A DNA stretch of 64,000 nt from Candidatus Obscuribacterales bacterium (GCA_965228855.1 CBDDIJ010000003.1:224001-288000), one strand, 5' to 3'; shown: positions 42,368 to 51,890, numbered from the stretch's first letter. The notes: generated from the letters alone by a model not told the origin. A program made the numbers and translations.

Positions 42368-42499
42368 AAGATCTGTGGTGTCGAATGTGGTGCGTATTTC
42401 TCCTGCCGGTGCAGTGCTGTTGTTCAAGCGTTCGCTGGCGGTTTGAAAAATATAGAAGCGCATGGATACTCATACTTGGCTTGCTCAAAAAAGTTTTTC

Positions 42500-42547
42500 A
42501 AAAACAAAAAAGGGGGTCTTCCCATGTGCATGATTCGTTGATATAGT
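42500..42547 (+). promoter_or_regulatory. Putative promoter of RNA A2
   Basis: A-tract, TTCCCA-N17-TATAGT with extended TG. Confidence 0.55.
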
Positions 42548-42550
42548 TAT

Positions 42551-42762
42551 AAATGAAGACGGTGAGTGACCTGAAACGAGGTCACGTTGAGCCGAGGGGC
42601 AATGCGGAAACGGCAGGTTGGCGCCCAACCGGATACGACAGCAAGCAGCCCGCTAAACGTGAAGGACTAGCTGAAGCGTTTTGAAATACTGAGCCTGTGC
42701 AACAGGCAGCTAGACAGTAGCTAAAGCACCGCTGCAACGCAAGTTGGGTGGTGTTTTTGTTT
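42551..42762 (+). ncRNA. Unassigned structured RNA 'A', copy 2
   Basis: Exactly 670 nt downstream of A1; 11 substitutions, no indels. Confidence 0.7.
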
Positions 42763-42978
42763 TGGAAAGTTTTTCTGAGTCACCGCTGACGGTGCGCGCC
42801 GCCAGGCGTCGCTGCTCCCGTCTCCTGGCTTGCTGAGCGCTTCTTGGCAGGCGAGACTGGATTCACGTGAGAAGGTTCGAGCAGCAATACTGGTCTGTTG
42901 TTCAATGGATGCGAGAACAACTGCGTTTCCGAAACCCTTATGGATAGCTCTTATACATGGTTCCAGAAAGATTTTCTG

Positions 42979-43025
42979 AAAACAAAAAAGGGGGTCTTCC
43001 CACACGCATGATTCGTTGATATAGT
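42979..43025 (+). promoter_or_regulatory. Putative promoter of RNA A3
   Basis: A-tract, TTCCCA-N17-TATAGT with extended TG. Confidence 0.55.
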
Positions 43026-43028
43026 TAT

Positions 43029-43240
43029 AAATGAAGACGGTGAGCGACTTGAAATGAGGTCGCTTTGAGCCGAGGGGCAATGCGGAAACGGCAGGTTGGC
43101 GCCCAACCGGATACGACAGCAAGCAGCCCGCTTAGCGTGAAGGACTAGCTGAAGCGCTTCGAAATACTGAGCCTGTGCAACAGGCAGCTAGACGGTAGCT
43201 TAAGCACCACGGCAACGCAAGTTGAGTGGTGTTTTTGTTT
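43029..43240 (+). ncRNA. Unassigned structured RNA 'A', copy 3
   Basis: 478 nt downstream of A2; 11 substitutions versus A1, no indels. Confidence 0.7.
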
Positions 43241-43529
43241 TGGCAGAGTTTTTTGTTCTGTGGAGTTTTCGTGTCAGCGACATTATTTGTGTCGGCGGAG
43301 TTTTCGTATCCGCGCGGACCATGTTTTGCAGAGTACTTCGTTTCTCAGTACTTATATATAGGAAGACCTTCAATCGCGTTTTTCCTCTAGACGGCCATCT
43401 ACAAGCTCATAAAATTCACTTCGATTTCCATCGCTTGGAGGGTGCTAAGATCCGCGCAGTAAGCCGGTTTTTGCCTCTAATCAGTGGCAACTTTGTATAT
43501 CTGTTTTCTATATTTTTGAGGGTAAATGA

Positions 43530-44000
43530 ATGACGGACAAGCTTCAAGTGAAAGTCGAGCGACTCGCGCACTGCAAAGAACTCCCTCGCTACGCCACCCC
43601 TGGCTCTGCCGGCATGGACCTGACCTTTGCTTCGGAAGAGCCGATCACGGTAGCGCCCGGCAAGCGCGCCAAACTCGCTACCGGTATCAAGCTTGAAATC
43701 CCGTTCGGATACGAAGCGCAGATTCGTCCCCGCTCGGGTCTGGCCGCAAAGGCGGGCATCAGCCTCACGAATTGCGTCGGCACAATCGATAGCGACTACC
43801 GCGGCGAAGTGATGGTTTTGATAATCAATCATGGCGACGAACCTTATACATTCAGTCCAGGTGAGCGTATTGCCCAGATGGTGATCGTGCCGGTTCCGGT
43901 CATCGAACTTGTTCAGGTCGAACAAGTCGCAGACACTGAGCGGGGTGAAGGCGGTTTCGGTTCGACCGGCAAAACTGCTCTTGCCGCCAACGGCGCTTAA
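43530..44000 (+). CDS. dut: dUTP diphosphatase
   Basis: SAGMDL, RPRSGLA, GTIDSDYRGE, RIAQ and RGEGGFGSTG motifs. Confidence 0.97.
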   Translation: MTDKLQVKVERLAHCKELPRYATPGSAGMDLTFASEEPITVAPGKRAKLATGIKLEIPFGYEAQIRPRSGLAAKAGISLTNCVGTIDSDYRGEVMVLIINHGDEPYTFSPGERIAQMVIVPVPVIELVQVEQVADTERGEGGFGSTGKTALAANGA

Positions 44001-44096
44001 CCACGAGCGATACAAAACGTTGAACTAGTCGCGGTTTGAGTATAGGATCGTTGTTTAACGCCATTTCGGGCGAAAATCAACGAGAGGAATCCAGTC

Positions 44097-44912
44097 TTGG
44101 CAGACAGGGTGAAGGTCGCAATCGCCGGTATTAACGGCAAAATGGGGCGCGCGAGTGCCAACGCCATACTTGGCGACCCCGGTCTTGAGCTGGTCGGGGC
44201 TTTCGGTCGACCGGGCTCGTCTTACGCCGGCAAAAGCATGGTCGCCGGTTTTTCAACCGAAAACAGCGTGGCGGTTATGGTATGCGACAGTATCGAAGCC
44301 TGTTTCGAGGCGTCGAAGCCGGATGTCCTTCTTGATTTTTCCATCGCCGAACCTGCGGTCAAACACGCGACCTACGCGATCGAAAATGGAGTTCGTCCTG
44401 TCATCGGCGTTTCAGGTGTCGATCCAGCTGATGTGGAAAAACTGCGCGCGCTGGCCGTGGGAAAGAATCTGGGCGCCATGATTGTTCCAAACTTCTCCAT
44501 CGGAGCCGTGCTCATGATGGAGTTTGCCAAGACTGCCGGAAAGCACTTCGGCAATGTTGAAATTGTCGAGATGCACGGTACTAAGAAGCTGGACGCGCCC
44601 TCCGGAACGGCGATGTACACCACGCGGAAGCTCGCGGAAAACGACAGGCAGTTTAATCCTAAGGAAGTTGCGGACAGAGAATTGTTGAAAGGCGCGCGTG
44701 GCGCGGTTACCGATGCCGGCGTTCGCATTCACTCGGTGCGTCTGCCTGGTTTGATTTCTCATCAAGATGTCATCTTTGGTGCCGATGGAGAGCTTCTTTC
44801 CATAAGACATGAGAGTTTCAACACGAATTGCTTCGTCAAGGGAATCATTTTGAGCATCAAGTCAGTGATGGAAATGGATGCTCTTGTTGTCGGTTTAGAA
44901 ACTTTGTTGTGA
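44097..44912 (+). CDS. dapB: 4-hydroxy-tetrahydrodipicolinate reductase
   Basis: GINGKMG, PNFSIG, EMHGTKKLDAPSGTA and HSVRLPG motifs. Confidence 0.95.
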   Translation: MADRVKVAIAGINGKMGRASANAILGDPGLELVGAFGRPGSSYAGKSMVAGFSTENSVAVMVCDSIEACFEASKPDVLLDFSIAEPAVKHATYAIENGVRPVIGVSGVDPADVEKLRALAVGKNLGAMIVPNFSIGAVLMMEFAKTAGKHFGNVEIVEMHGTKKLDAPSGTAMYTTRKLAENDRQFNPKEVADRELLKGARGAVTDAGVRIHSVRLPGLISHQDVIFGADGELLSIRHESFNTNCFVKGIILSIKSVMEMDALVVGLETLL

Positions 44913-45023
44913 GTTCGATAGTTGGCTGTAAGAATCTGAATTCATCAGTATTTGCAGAGAGTTTTTATAGTACAAATCTAGTACGAATTTGATTGGTGAA
45001 GGGGTTATCCCGGAGGAACGGAA

Positions 45024-46064
45024 ATGAAAGGCAGAGCGATGCGTGTTGCGATACTCGGAGCGACCGGTCAAGTCGGACGCGAGTTTCTTCGCATTCTCGA
45101 ACAGCGCAACGAAATGGAAATCGGCGAACTACGACTGCTGGCGAGCGCTCGCTCTGCGGGTTCGACAATGGAGTTTCGCGGCAAGAAAGTCGAAGTCGTC
45201 GAAGTGAGTGAGAAAGCATTTGAAGGCGTCGACATAGTTCTCGCCTCTGCCGGTGGTGCAATCAGCAAGCAGTGGGCGCCGGTTGCGGTAAAAGCCGGCT
45301 GCGTGTTTATCGATAATTCGAGCGCCTTCAGAATGGAAGAGGGCGTGCCGCTCGTGGTGCCGGAAGTTAATGGTCATGCGTTGAAAGACCACAAAGGTCT
45401 AATCGCGAATCCTAACTGCTCCACAGCGCAACTTGTGGTCGTTCTTAAAATATTGCACGAACTCGGCGGACTAAAGCGCGTCATAGTTTCGACCTACCAG
45501 TCCGTCAGTGGCGCCGGCAAAGAAGGAATGGATGAGCTCGATCTGCAGACCAAGGCTCTTTGCAAAGACGAACAACATGCTCCCAAAAAGTTTCAAAAAC
45601 AAATTGCCTTCAATCTCATTCCTCATATCGATTCATTTGCCGATGATGGTTACACCAAGGAAGAGCTGAAGGTCGTTAACGAGAGCAGAAAAATTCTTGA
45701 GATTCCAAATCTGCCGGTCGTATGCACTGCAGTCAGAGTGCCTGTTCGCGTAGGTCACAGCGAGTCTGTCCTCGTCGACCTGGAGAAGAAGGTGAGCGTT
45801 GCGCAAGTCCGCGAATCGCTTTCCAATTCGCCGATTGTCGAAGTTTGGGACCAACCGGAAGAAAACATCTATCCTACGCCGCTTGATTGCGCAGGCGAAG
45901 ATCCGGTTTACGTCGGCAGAATCAGACCTGACACTTCGTCGGAAAACGGAATCAATCTCTGGGTCGTCGCTGACAACTTGCGAATCGGTGCGGCACTGAA
46001 TGCGGTGCGTATTGCCGAGTACATGGTTAAGCACGATCTCGTCGGTCAAAAGGTCGCCAATTAG
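45024..46064 (+). CDS. asd: Aspartate-semialdehyde dehydrogenase
   Basis: GATGQVG, DNSSAFRM, ANPNCST, YQSVSGAG and DNLRIGAALNA motifs. Confidence 0.97.
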   Translation: MKGRAMRVAILGATGQVGREFLRILEQRNEMEIGELRLLASARSAGSTMEFRGKKVEVVEVSEKAFEGVDIVLASAGGAISKQWAPVAVKAGCVFIDNSSAFRMEEGVPLVVPEVNGHALKDHKGLIANPNCSTAQLVVVLKILHELGGLKRVIVSTYQSVSGAGKEGMDELDLQTKALCKDEQHAPKKFQKQIAFNLIPHIDSFADDGYTKEELKVVNESRKILEIPNLPVVCTAVRVPVRVGHSESVLVDLEKKVSVAQVRESLSNSPIVEVWDQPEENIYPTPLDCAGEDPVYVGRIRPDTSSENGINLWVVADNLRIGAALNAVRIAEYMVKHDLVGQKVAN

Positions 46065-46151
46065 CTTCATCTGGCAACGGCTCGCCACGAGCCGTTCCTG
46101 CTATGGAGCGTCGGAATCAAACTTGTCTGAATGACTTAAGGGGTAAAAATA

Positions 46152-47069
46152 GTGATTGGAACAGATGGATCGTTATACGGTCGTTTGATTACGGCGATGG
46201 TGACGCCATTCGGAGACGATGGCAAAATTGACTATAAAGCGACGGAAGCTATCGCTAACCATCTGTTTAAAACTGGATCCAGCGCGATTCTCGTCTGTGG
46301 AACTACAGGCGAGTCGCCGACCTTGAGCGACGAAGAGAAGATCGACCTGCTGAAGTGCGTGAAGTCCGTCGCCAAAGGGCGTGGAAAAGTTATCTTTGGC
46401 GCCGGAAGCAACGACACTGAAAAGTCAGCGAAGTTTGCTGCACTTGCACAGAAAGAAGGTGCAGAAGGACTGCTGATTGTCGCGCCCTATTACAACAAAC
46501 CGAATCAAGCCGGGATAGAAGCACACATAAAGAAGATTGCACAAGCATCCACACTGCCTCTGATCATCTATAACATTCCCGGGCGAACTGGCATCAACAT
46601 TTTGCCGGAAACAATCGTCCGAATCGCGGAGCAATGTTCGACCGTTCACGCTCTGAAGGATTCAACCGGAAGCACGGATCAATCTGCGGAAATCGCAGGT
46701 CGAGCGCCTGGCAACTTCCGTATCTACTCCGGCGATGACTATTTGACTTTGCCGTTTCTCTCCATTGGCGCATGTGGTGTAATTAGCGTTGCCAGCCATG
46801 TTGCGGGCGAAGCGATCTCCGGAATGATGGCGAAGTTTTTCTCGGGCGATGTCGACGGACCGCGCACCATTCAATACAAATATTTGCCTTTGTTTAAAGG
46901 TCTGTTTGCAGCACCGAATCCGGTGCCGGTTAAATACGCTTTGAGCAAGCTCAATTTGTGCAAGGAAAATGTGCGCCTTCCTCTGGTTCCGATGTCGGAG
47001 GAAGAGAAAAACGTTCTCAAACAAATCCTCAAGGACACCGGAGTTCTCGAGAATTTATCCTATGTTTAG
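46152..47069 (+). CDS. dapA: 4-hydroxy-tetrahydrodipicolinate synthase
   Basis: GTTGESPTL, PYYNKP, YNIPGRTG, LKDS and YSGDD motifs. Confidence 0.96.
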   Translation: MIGTDGSLYGRLITAMVTPFGDDGKIDYKATEAIANHLFKTGSSAILVCGTTGESPTLSDEEKIDLLKCVKSVAKGRGKVIFGAGSNDTEKSAKFAALAQKEGAEGLLIVAPYYNKPNQAGIEAHIKKIAQASTLPLIIYNIPGRTGINILPETIVRIAEQCSTVHALKDSTGSTDQSAEIAGRAPGNFRIYSGDDYLTLPFLSIGACGVISVASHVAGEAISGMMAKFFSGDVDGPRTIQYKYLPLFKGLFAAPNPVPVKYALSKLNLCKENVRLPLVPMSEEEKNVLKQILKDTGVLENLSYV

Positions 47070-47078
47070 TTATTAGAA

Positions 47079-48818
47079 GTGACCATCATGACAGCACTAA
47101 AAGTAATACCACTCGGCGGACTTGGTGAAATTGGAAAAAACACCATGGTCATCGCATATGGTGACGACATGATGTTGGTCGACGCCGGTTTAGCATTTCC
47201 TTCTGAAGACATGCTCGGTGTTGATATCGTATTGCCCGACATCAACTTTCTTCTCGAAAACCGAGATAAGCTCAAGGGTCTGGCCATTACCCACGGTCAC
47301 GAAGACCACATCGGCGGCATTCCATACATTCTAAAGGAAATGCCGATTCCGGTAATCTATGGTCCGGCGCTGGCCCTTGGATTACTGGAAGGAAAGTTCA
47401 AAGAAGCCGGCTTACAAGATCGCACCACACTGCGTAGTGTCAAACCTCGTCAGCGAGTAAAAATTGGCTGCTTCGAAGTCGAGTTTGTCCGCTGCACACA
47501 CTCGATCGCCGATTCATTCAGTCTTATTATCAGGACTCCTGTTGGTGTCATTATTCACACAGGCGACTTCAAATTTGATTTCACGCCTGTTGATGGCGAA
47601 CAGTTCGATATTGCCAGTTTGGCGAACGCTGCAGAAGAAGGCGTTCTCCTGCTTATGAGCGACAGCACGAATACCGAGCGACCTGGTTTTACTCCATCCG
47701 AAAAAACTGTCTGGAATAAACTGAACGAGGTATTCGCAAACGCGCGGCAGCGCATCATCGTCACGACGTTCGCCAGCAATGTTCATCGGGTGCGGCAGGT
47801 TTTGACTGCGGCGATGAAATACAATCGCAAAGTTGCAATTCTTGGTAGGTCTATGCTCAACTTCGCTAACATTTCGCGAGAGCTAGGCTACATGAGTTTC
47901 CCGGATGGGTTGCTCATATCCGTAGACCAGGTTAATGACTATCCACCCGACTGGGTCGTAATTCTCACCACGGGCAGCCAGGGCGAACCCATGTCTGCAC
48001 TCACGCGAATAGCGAATGATGAACACAAGCGCATAAAAATAGTGCCTGGCGACACTGTCGTTATTTCGGCTACTCCGATTCCTGGTAACGAACGTTCAGT
48101 TGCAAACACCATCAACGCTCTATTCTTGAGAGGCGCCAATGTTGTTTACGGCAGAGAGTCAGGTGTTCACGTTTCCGGACACGCTTGTCGCGAAGAACAA
48201 AAGCTTATGTTGAACATTTGCAAGCCGAAGTACTTCATGCCGATTCACGGTGAATACAGAATGCTTGTAAGGCATGCCGAGCTTGGTGTCGAATGCGGTA
48301 TCGAACCCGACAATGTTTTTGTCATGGAGAACGGCGATGTCCTCGAGGTTACGAAGGATAAGGCGACTCAAACTGAGCGCATCAAAGCGGGCGTAATTCT
48401 CATCGATCAAAACAGAGAATGGCACCTGGACGAAGATATCATCGAGCAGCGAAGGCACATCGCTGACGATGGTTTGATAACAGTAGTGGTACTTCTCGAC
48501 GATGCTCACAAGATTGTTGCGGGACCTGACGTGTATATGCGGGGCGTTATTTTGCCTCGAGGTTTGCCGGCCGAGGAGTTCATCATAAAAGTGCAAGAAG
48601 AAGCGAAGCGCATTCTTTCGAATACCAAGGTGATTGAGAAGATGAACGGTCAGGACTTGACCGACTTCCTGCACGGCGCGTTGTCATGCTACTTCGAGAA
48701 TGAAATGAACAGCGAGCCGCTCGTGCTGATTCACTGCAATTTTGTTGGAGATGATGAGGGCGCTGGTAAGTCACCACTCGGTCAGACGCGACCGCTTGGA
48801 ACCGAGAAGCGTGATTAG
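47079..48818 (+). CDS. rnj: Ribonuclease J
   Basis: PLGGLGEIGKN, THGHEDHIG, HTGDFK, TGSQGEP and HVSGH motifs. Confidence 0.96.
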   Translation: MTIMTALKVIPLGGLGEIGKNTMVIAYGDDMMLVDAGLAFPSEDMLGVDIVLPDINFLLENRDKLKGLAITHGHEDHIGGIPYILKEMPIPVIYGPALALGLLEGKFKEAGLQDRTTLRSVKPRQRVKIGCFEVEFVRCTHSIADSFSLIIRTPVGVIIHTGDFKFDFTPVDGEQFDIASLANAAEEGVLLLMSDSTNTERPGFTPSEKTVWNKLNEVFANARQRIIVTTFASNVHRVRQVLTAAMKYNRKVAILGRSMLNFANISRELGYMSFPDGLLISVDQVNDYPPDWVVILTTGSQGEPMSALTRIANDEHKRIKIVPGDTVVISATPIPGNERSVANTINALFLRGANVVYGRESGVHVSGHACREEQKLMLNICKPKYFMPIHGEYRMLVRHAELGVECGIEPDNVFVMENGDVLEVTKDKATQTERIKAGVILIDQNREWHLDEDIIEQRRHIADDGLITVVVLLDDAHKIVAGPDVYMRGVILPRGLPAEEFIIKVQEEAKRILSNTKVIEKMNGQDLTDFLHGALSCYFENEMNSEPLVLIHCNFVGDDEGAGKSPLGQTRPLGTEKRD

Positions 48819-48990
48819 CGAACAAACCAACTAGATAAAGATGCGATTGAGACGCCTATTATAAAGCGGCTCTAAGCTGCGGGGCGTCCGTCGGTTGCTC
48901 GCATGGCTTTTGGAGTGGTCCTGGATATCTTTTGCTTGAAAAATTAGCGCGTGCTCATTTGTGCGCTTGTCACGGTCTAATCAAAGCCCC

Positions 48991-49027
48991 AAAGTAAAAC
49001 TTCCCCCCTGCAGATGCAAGGAGGAAG
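48991..49027 (-). terminator. Intrinsic terminator (minus strand) with no adjacent CDS
   Basis: CTTCCTCCTTGCA/TGCAGGGGGGAAG stem (two G-U pairs on the minus strand) followed by TTTTACTTT. Confidence 0.65.
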
Positions 49028-49240
49028 AATTATTTGTGGTGGATTAGGTAATGAGGAAACACGGCAACTGGCGGGAGATACCGCCTGCTGCCATTCAGTA
49101 ATCAAATAATAGCAGCGCTGACATCCCTCTGCCGTTAAAAAACTTGAAGAGGTGGTGACTCGAACGCCAACTACCGTCAACTAAGACTTGATTAATATTG
49201 GTGGCGGATTTGATCTGGGTGATGAGCGCTAGCTCATAAA
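48991..49240 (-). ncRNA. Candidate rod-shaped small RNA (6S-like?) between rnj and sepF
   Basis: Nested stems across 49081-49207 with G-U pairs favouring the minus strand, followed by its own terminator; 5' end uncertain. Confidence 0.35.
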
Positions 49241-49393
49241 ATGTCTCTATTAACCAGGCTGTTACCCGCGGATTCGCTTTTAGCGCAGACCGAAGTTTTT
49301 GCTGGGACCGACGCAGGTCAAGGATGCTTCTTCAAAACCTGGCAATTCCTATTGCGGCTTCCGCGCTCTTCAGCGCCTGAAGCTAACTATGAT

Positions 49394-49420
49394 AAAAGCC
49401 CGCTCTTTCGAACGGGCTTT
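49394..49420 (-). terminator. Terminator downstream of sepF
   Basis: AAAGCCCG-N10-CGGGCTTT inverted repeat about 30 nt after the sepF stop. Confidence 0.65.
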
Positions 49421-49451
49421 GAACTTTGAATGTTCGTTGAACCACCAGACC

Positions 49452-50003
49452 TTAGTGGGTTGTCGGACTCTTTGTCCAAACTGACGAACCTGCTTTATTG
49501 TCGAGAAGCGAACCGCCCGGATAGAGGAAATCGAGCGCTCCGAAATCCGCTGTGGTATCACCACTGAAACCAACTTCCGCGTGAAGCGCGGTGTCGCCTT
49601 TTTCCGCAGTGATTTTGATGTTGCTCGGGCAGAAGATATAGACTTGTTCGCTCAACTTGTGGAAATCGCCGTCCAGAGCCGCTGAGGCTCCAGCGACAAA
49701 ATCAACCAAGCGACTTGCGTCAATCTTTTTCATATTCTCCAGTGAGATAGTGGTGGCAGCGCGTCCGCGCAGGCACTCTACTATGTCAATTGCCTCTTCG
49801 AAAGAGTGTGGAGAGAAAATTGAAATTTGTGTTCCGATTCTTCCTGGCGTCTGTTGCGGTTGACGCATTGACGACATTTGCATCATTCGCCGATCGGCGA
49901 GTGCTGGGAACAAATCAACAACAGGCTGCACAGACTTTGCTCTGTTGGCAATTATCGTCTTTTCGGCTACTTCTTTATGTTCGTCCATTTTTGCCCCTGC
50001 CAA
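49452..50003 (-). CDS. sepF: Cell division protein SepF
   Basis: PHSFEEAIDIVECLR...RLVDFVAGASAALDG...YIFCPSNIKI. Confidence 0.88.
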   Translation of the reverse strand: MAGAKMDEHKEVAEKTIIANRAKSVQPVVDLFPALADRRMMQMSSMRQPQQTPGRIGTQISIFSPHSFEEAIDIVECLRGRAATTISLENMKKIDASRLVDFVAGASAALDGDFHKLSEQVYIFCPSNIKITAEKGDTALHAEVGFSGDTTADFGALDFLYPGGSLLDNKAGSSVWTKSPTTH

Positions 50004-50237
50004 TCAACAACGCATAGCGTATTCACTATACGATCCGCTCGACTCGTTTTAAATTTTTGAAGGTGCCATTCCAGATGGTGCACGGCAATAAACCAATTCT
50101 AGACAATTCGTACCATTCTGCAAGTACTGCAACAGATGTCCATGATATTCAGTGTTTCGATCAATCACCGTAGACGGTGCCTTTCGAGACTTTGTACTGA
50201 ACTAATTTCCCACGAATTTAACATTGCTTGTCTGGAT

Positions 50238-50999
50238 TTACGCATCCATTATCTGACTAACAAACATATTTGAGATAGCTTCGCAAATAAGCATGTCTTC
50301 GGGCACGGTGACTTTGATGTTATATCGATCGCTATCAACAATCCTCACGCGATGCTTGGCCTGCTCAAGAATGAAGGCATCATCCGTGGCGGCAATACCA
50401 TTGCGGGCGGCTTCCTCATGTGCGCTTAGCAGCCAGTCGAACCGTCCTGCCTGAGGGGTATGCACGGCTACCAGGTTGGCTCTGTCAATGGTCTCCGCGA
50501 CTTCGCTGCTATCTACCCGTTTAATCGTATCTGAGACTGGCAGTGCCACCGTACAGGCACCGTATTTGATGACAGCCTCGATGGTGGCATCGATTATTTT
50601 GGCGCTGATAAACGGACGTGCCGCGTCGTGAATCAGCACGTAGTCAGGAGAAGGCGTTTGTTCCTTCAAATGCTTCAAACCGCAAAATACGGATTCTTGG
50701 CGAGTTGCACCGCCGGATATTACTTCAATGCTGGCAACGAGTCTGTTAACGCCCGCGATGTTTTCCGGACGAATGTATTTTTTGATTTCGCCACGAATGT
50801 CGTCGAGCACATCCTTGTGAGAAACCACAATAATTCTGGAAACACGCTCGTTTTTGAGAAACGACAAAATGCTCCACATATATAAAGGACGGCCATTGAG
50901 AAACAAGCATTGCTTATGCTTGATACTTCCGCCTGTAGCAAAACGGCTTCCGATGCCGCCAGCTGCAATAACAACCGCGATATTTGGTTCGCTAGTCAA
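50238..50999 (-). CDS. ispD: 2-C-methyl-D-erythritol 4-phosphate cytidylyltransferase
   Basis: AAGGIGSRF, GGATRQESV, IHDAARP, DTIK, TDD and NIKVT motifs. Confidence 0.95.
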   Translation of the reverse strand: MTSEPNIAVVIAAGGIGSRFATGGSIKHKQCLFLNGRPLYMWSILSFLKNERVSRIIVVSHKDVLDDIRGEIKKYIRPENIAGVNRLVASIEVISGGATRQESVFCGLKHLKEQTPSPDYVLIHDAARPFISAKIIDATIEAVIKYGACTVALPVSDTIKRVDSSEVAETIDRANLVAVHTPQAGRFDWLLSAHEEAARNGIAATDDAFILEQAKHRVRIVDSDRYNIKVTVPEDMLICEAISNMFVSQIMDA

Positions 51000-51014
51000 A
51001 ACTTCGACCTGTGA

Positions 51015-51890
51015 TTAGCTGGTACTGGTCTCGGTGGCTGAGTTTGTTTGGGATGCAATGACATCATCGGTGGTATTGACATCGGATTTGGTGCCCGTCG
51101 ACTCTTCCGCTTCCGGCTTGCTTATTGCGGGGGTCTGTTCTACAGTTTCGCCGAGTTTGCTGATTGCTTCCGTATCAGTGTCTTCCAGAATAACTTTATT
51201 CAAATCCAAGTCTTCATCGTCTGTGGTGCTCTCAACAGCCATTCCAATCGGAGGTGTGGATGGGTCGGGTGACGCATCGAAGGTATTTGCAGCCTCGACT
51301 TTCGAGTTGGACGAATCAGCTGCTGCATCTGCAATGGCGGACTCAGAAGCGCTGTTTGCATCCCCGGCATCCCCTGCGGACAGATTGACCTCTTTTGCTA
51401 ACCCGGACATTTGCTGACGAAAGGTCTTTCCATCCTTCGAAAGTCTGAAATACTCTTGAAACTTCTTAGTTGTTGTAAGAACCGGCGAGCGACCACCATC
51501 TTCGCGTTTCATGATCAGCTCACGCTCGACGAGTTCCTTTATATGATCGTAGGCACCAGCGCCTCGGATTTTGATCACTTCCGATTGCATCACGGGTTGC
51601 TTGATGGCTATTGCCGAGAGAGTCCTGATCAAAGCGGTGGGCATGTCGATTGGAACGAACTCGTCGACCAGATTTGTATATTCGTCTTTGACTTGAATGA
51701 TATACCCGTCGTCGTCAGCAACTTCCAGCCCGCCATTGCGAGCCTCGTAGTCATTTATCAACTCGAGAATCGTCTGTCTTACGAGATTTACTTCAGCATT
51801 AACGATAACAGCGACAGCCTGGGCTTTCAGAGGTTTCTCCGTCAAGAACAAAGCTGCTTCGACTTGTGCTTTTAGCAATTCGTTGGTCAT
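51015..51890 (-). CDS. scpB: SMC-Scp complex subunit ScpB (acidic C-terminal tail)
   Basis: VEAALF, TLSAIAIKQPV.QSEVIKIRG and TTKKFQEYF motifs. Confidence 0.93.
   Translation of the reverse strand: MTNELLKAQVEAALFLTEKPLKAQAVAVIVNAEVNLVRQTILELINDYEARNGGLEVADDDGYIIQVKDEYTNLVDEFVPIDMPTALIRTLSAIAIKQPVMQSEVIKIRGAGAYDHIKELVERELIMKREDGGRSPVLTTTKKFQEYFRLSKDGKTFRQQMSGLAKEVNLSAGDAGDANSASESAIADAAADSSNSKVEAANTFDASPDPSTPPIGMAVESTTDDEDLDLNKVILEDTDTEAISKLGETVEQTPAISKPEAEESTGTKSDVNTTDDVIASQTNSATETSTS

Noticed and set aside
41470..43240. CRISPR array interpretation of the repeats
   Set aside because: Units are about 200 nt and each has its own promoter; there is no short repeat-spacer periodicity and no cas gene in the window
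43029..43240. Lysine riboswitch upstream of dut-dapB-asd-dapA
   Set aside because: L-box signatures are absent, there are three self-contained copies, and the element ends about 290 nt before dut
41009..43533. Numerous short ORFs across the RNA array and low-complexity repeats
   Set aside because: Low-complexity or antisense readings; frames are not preserved between copies
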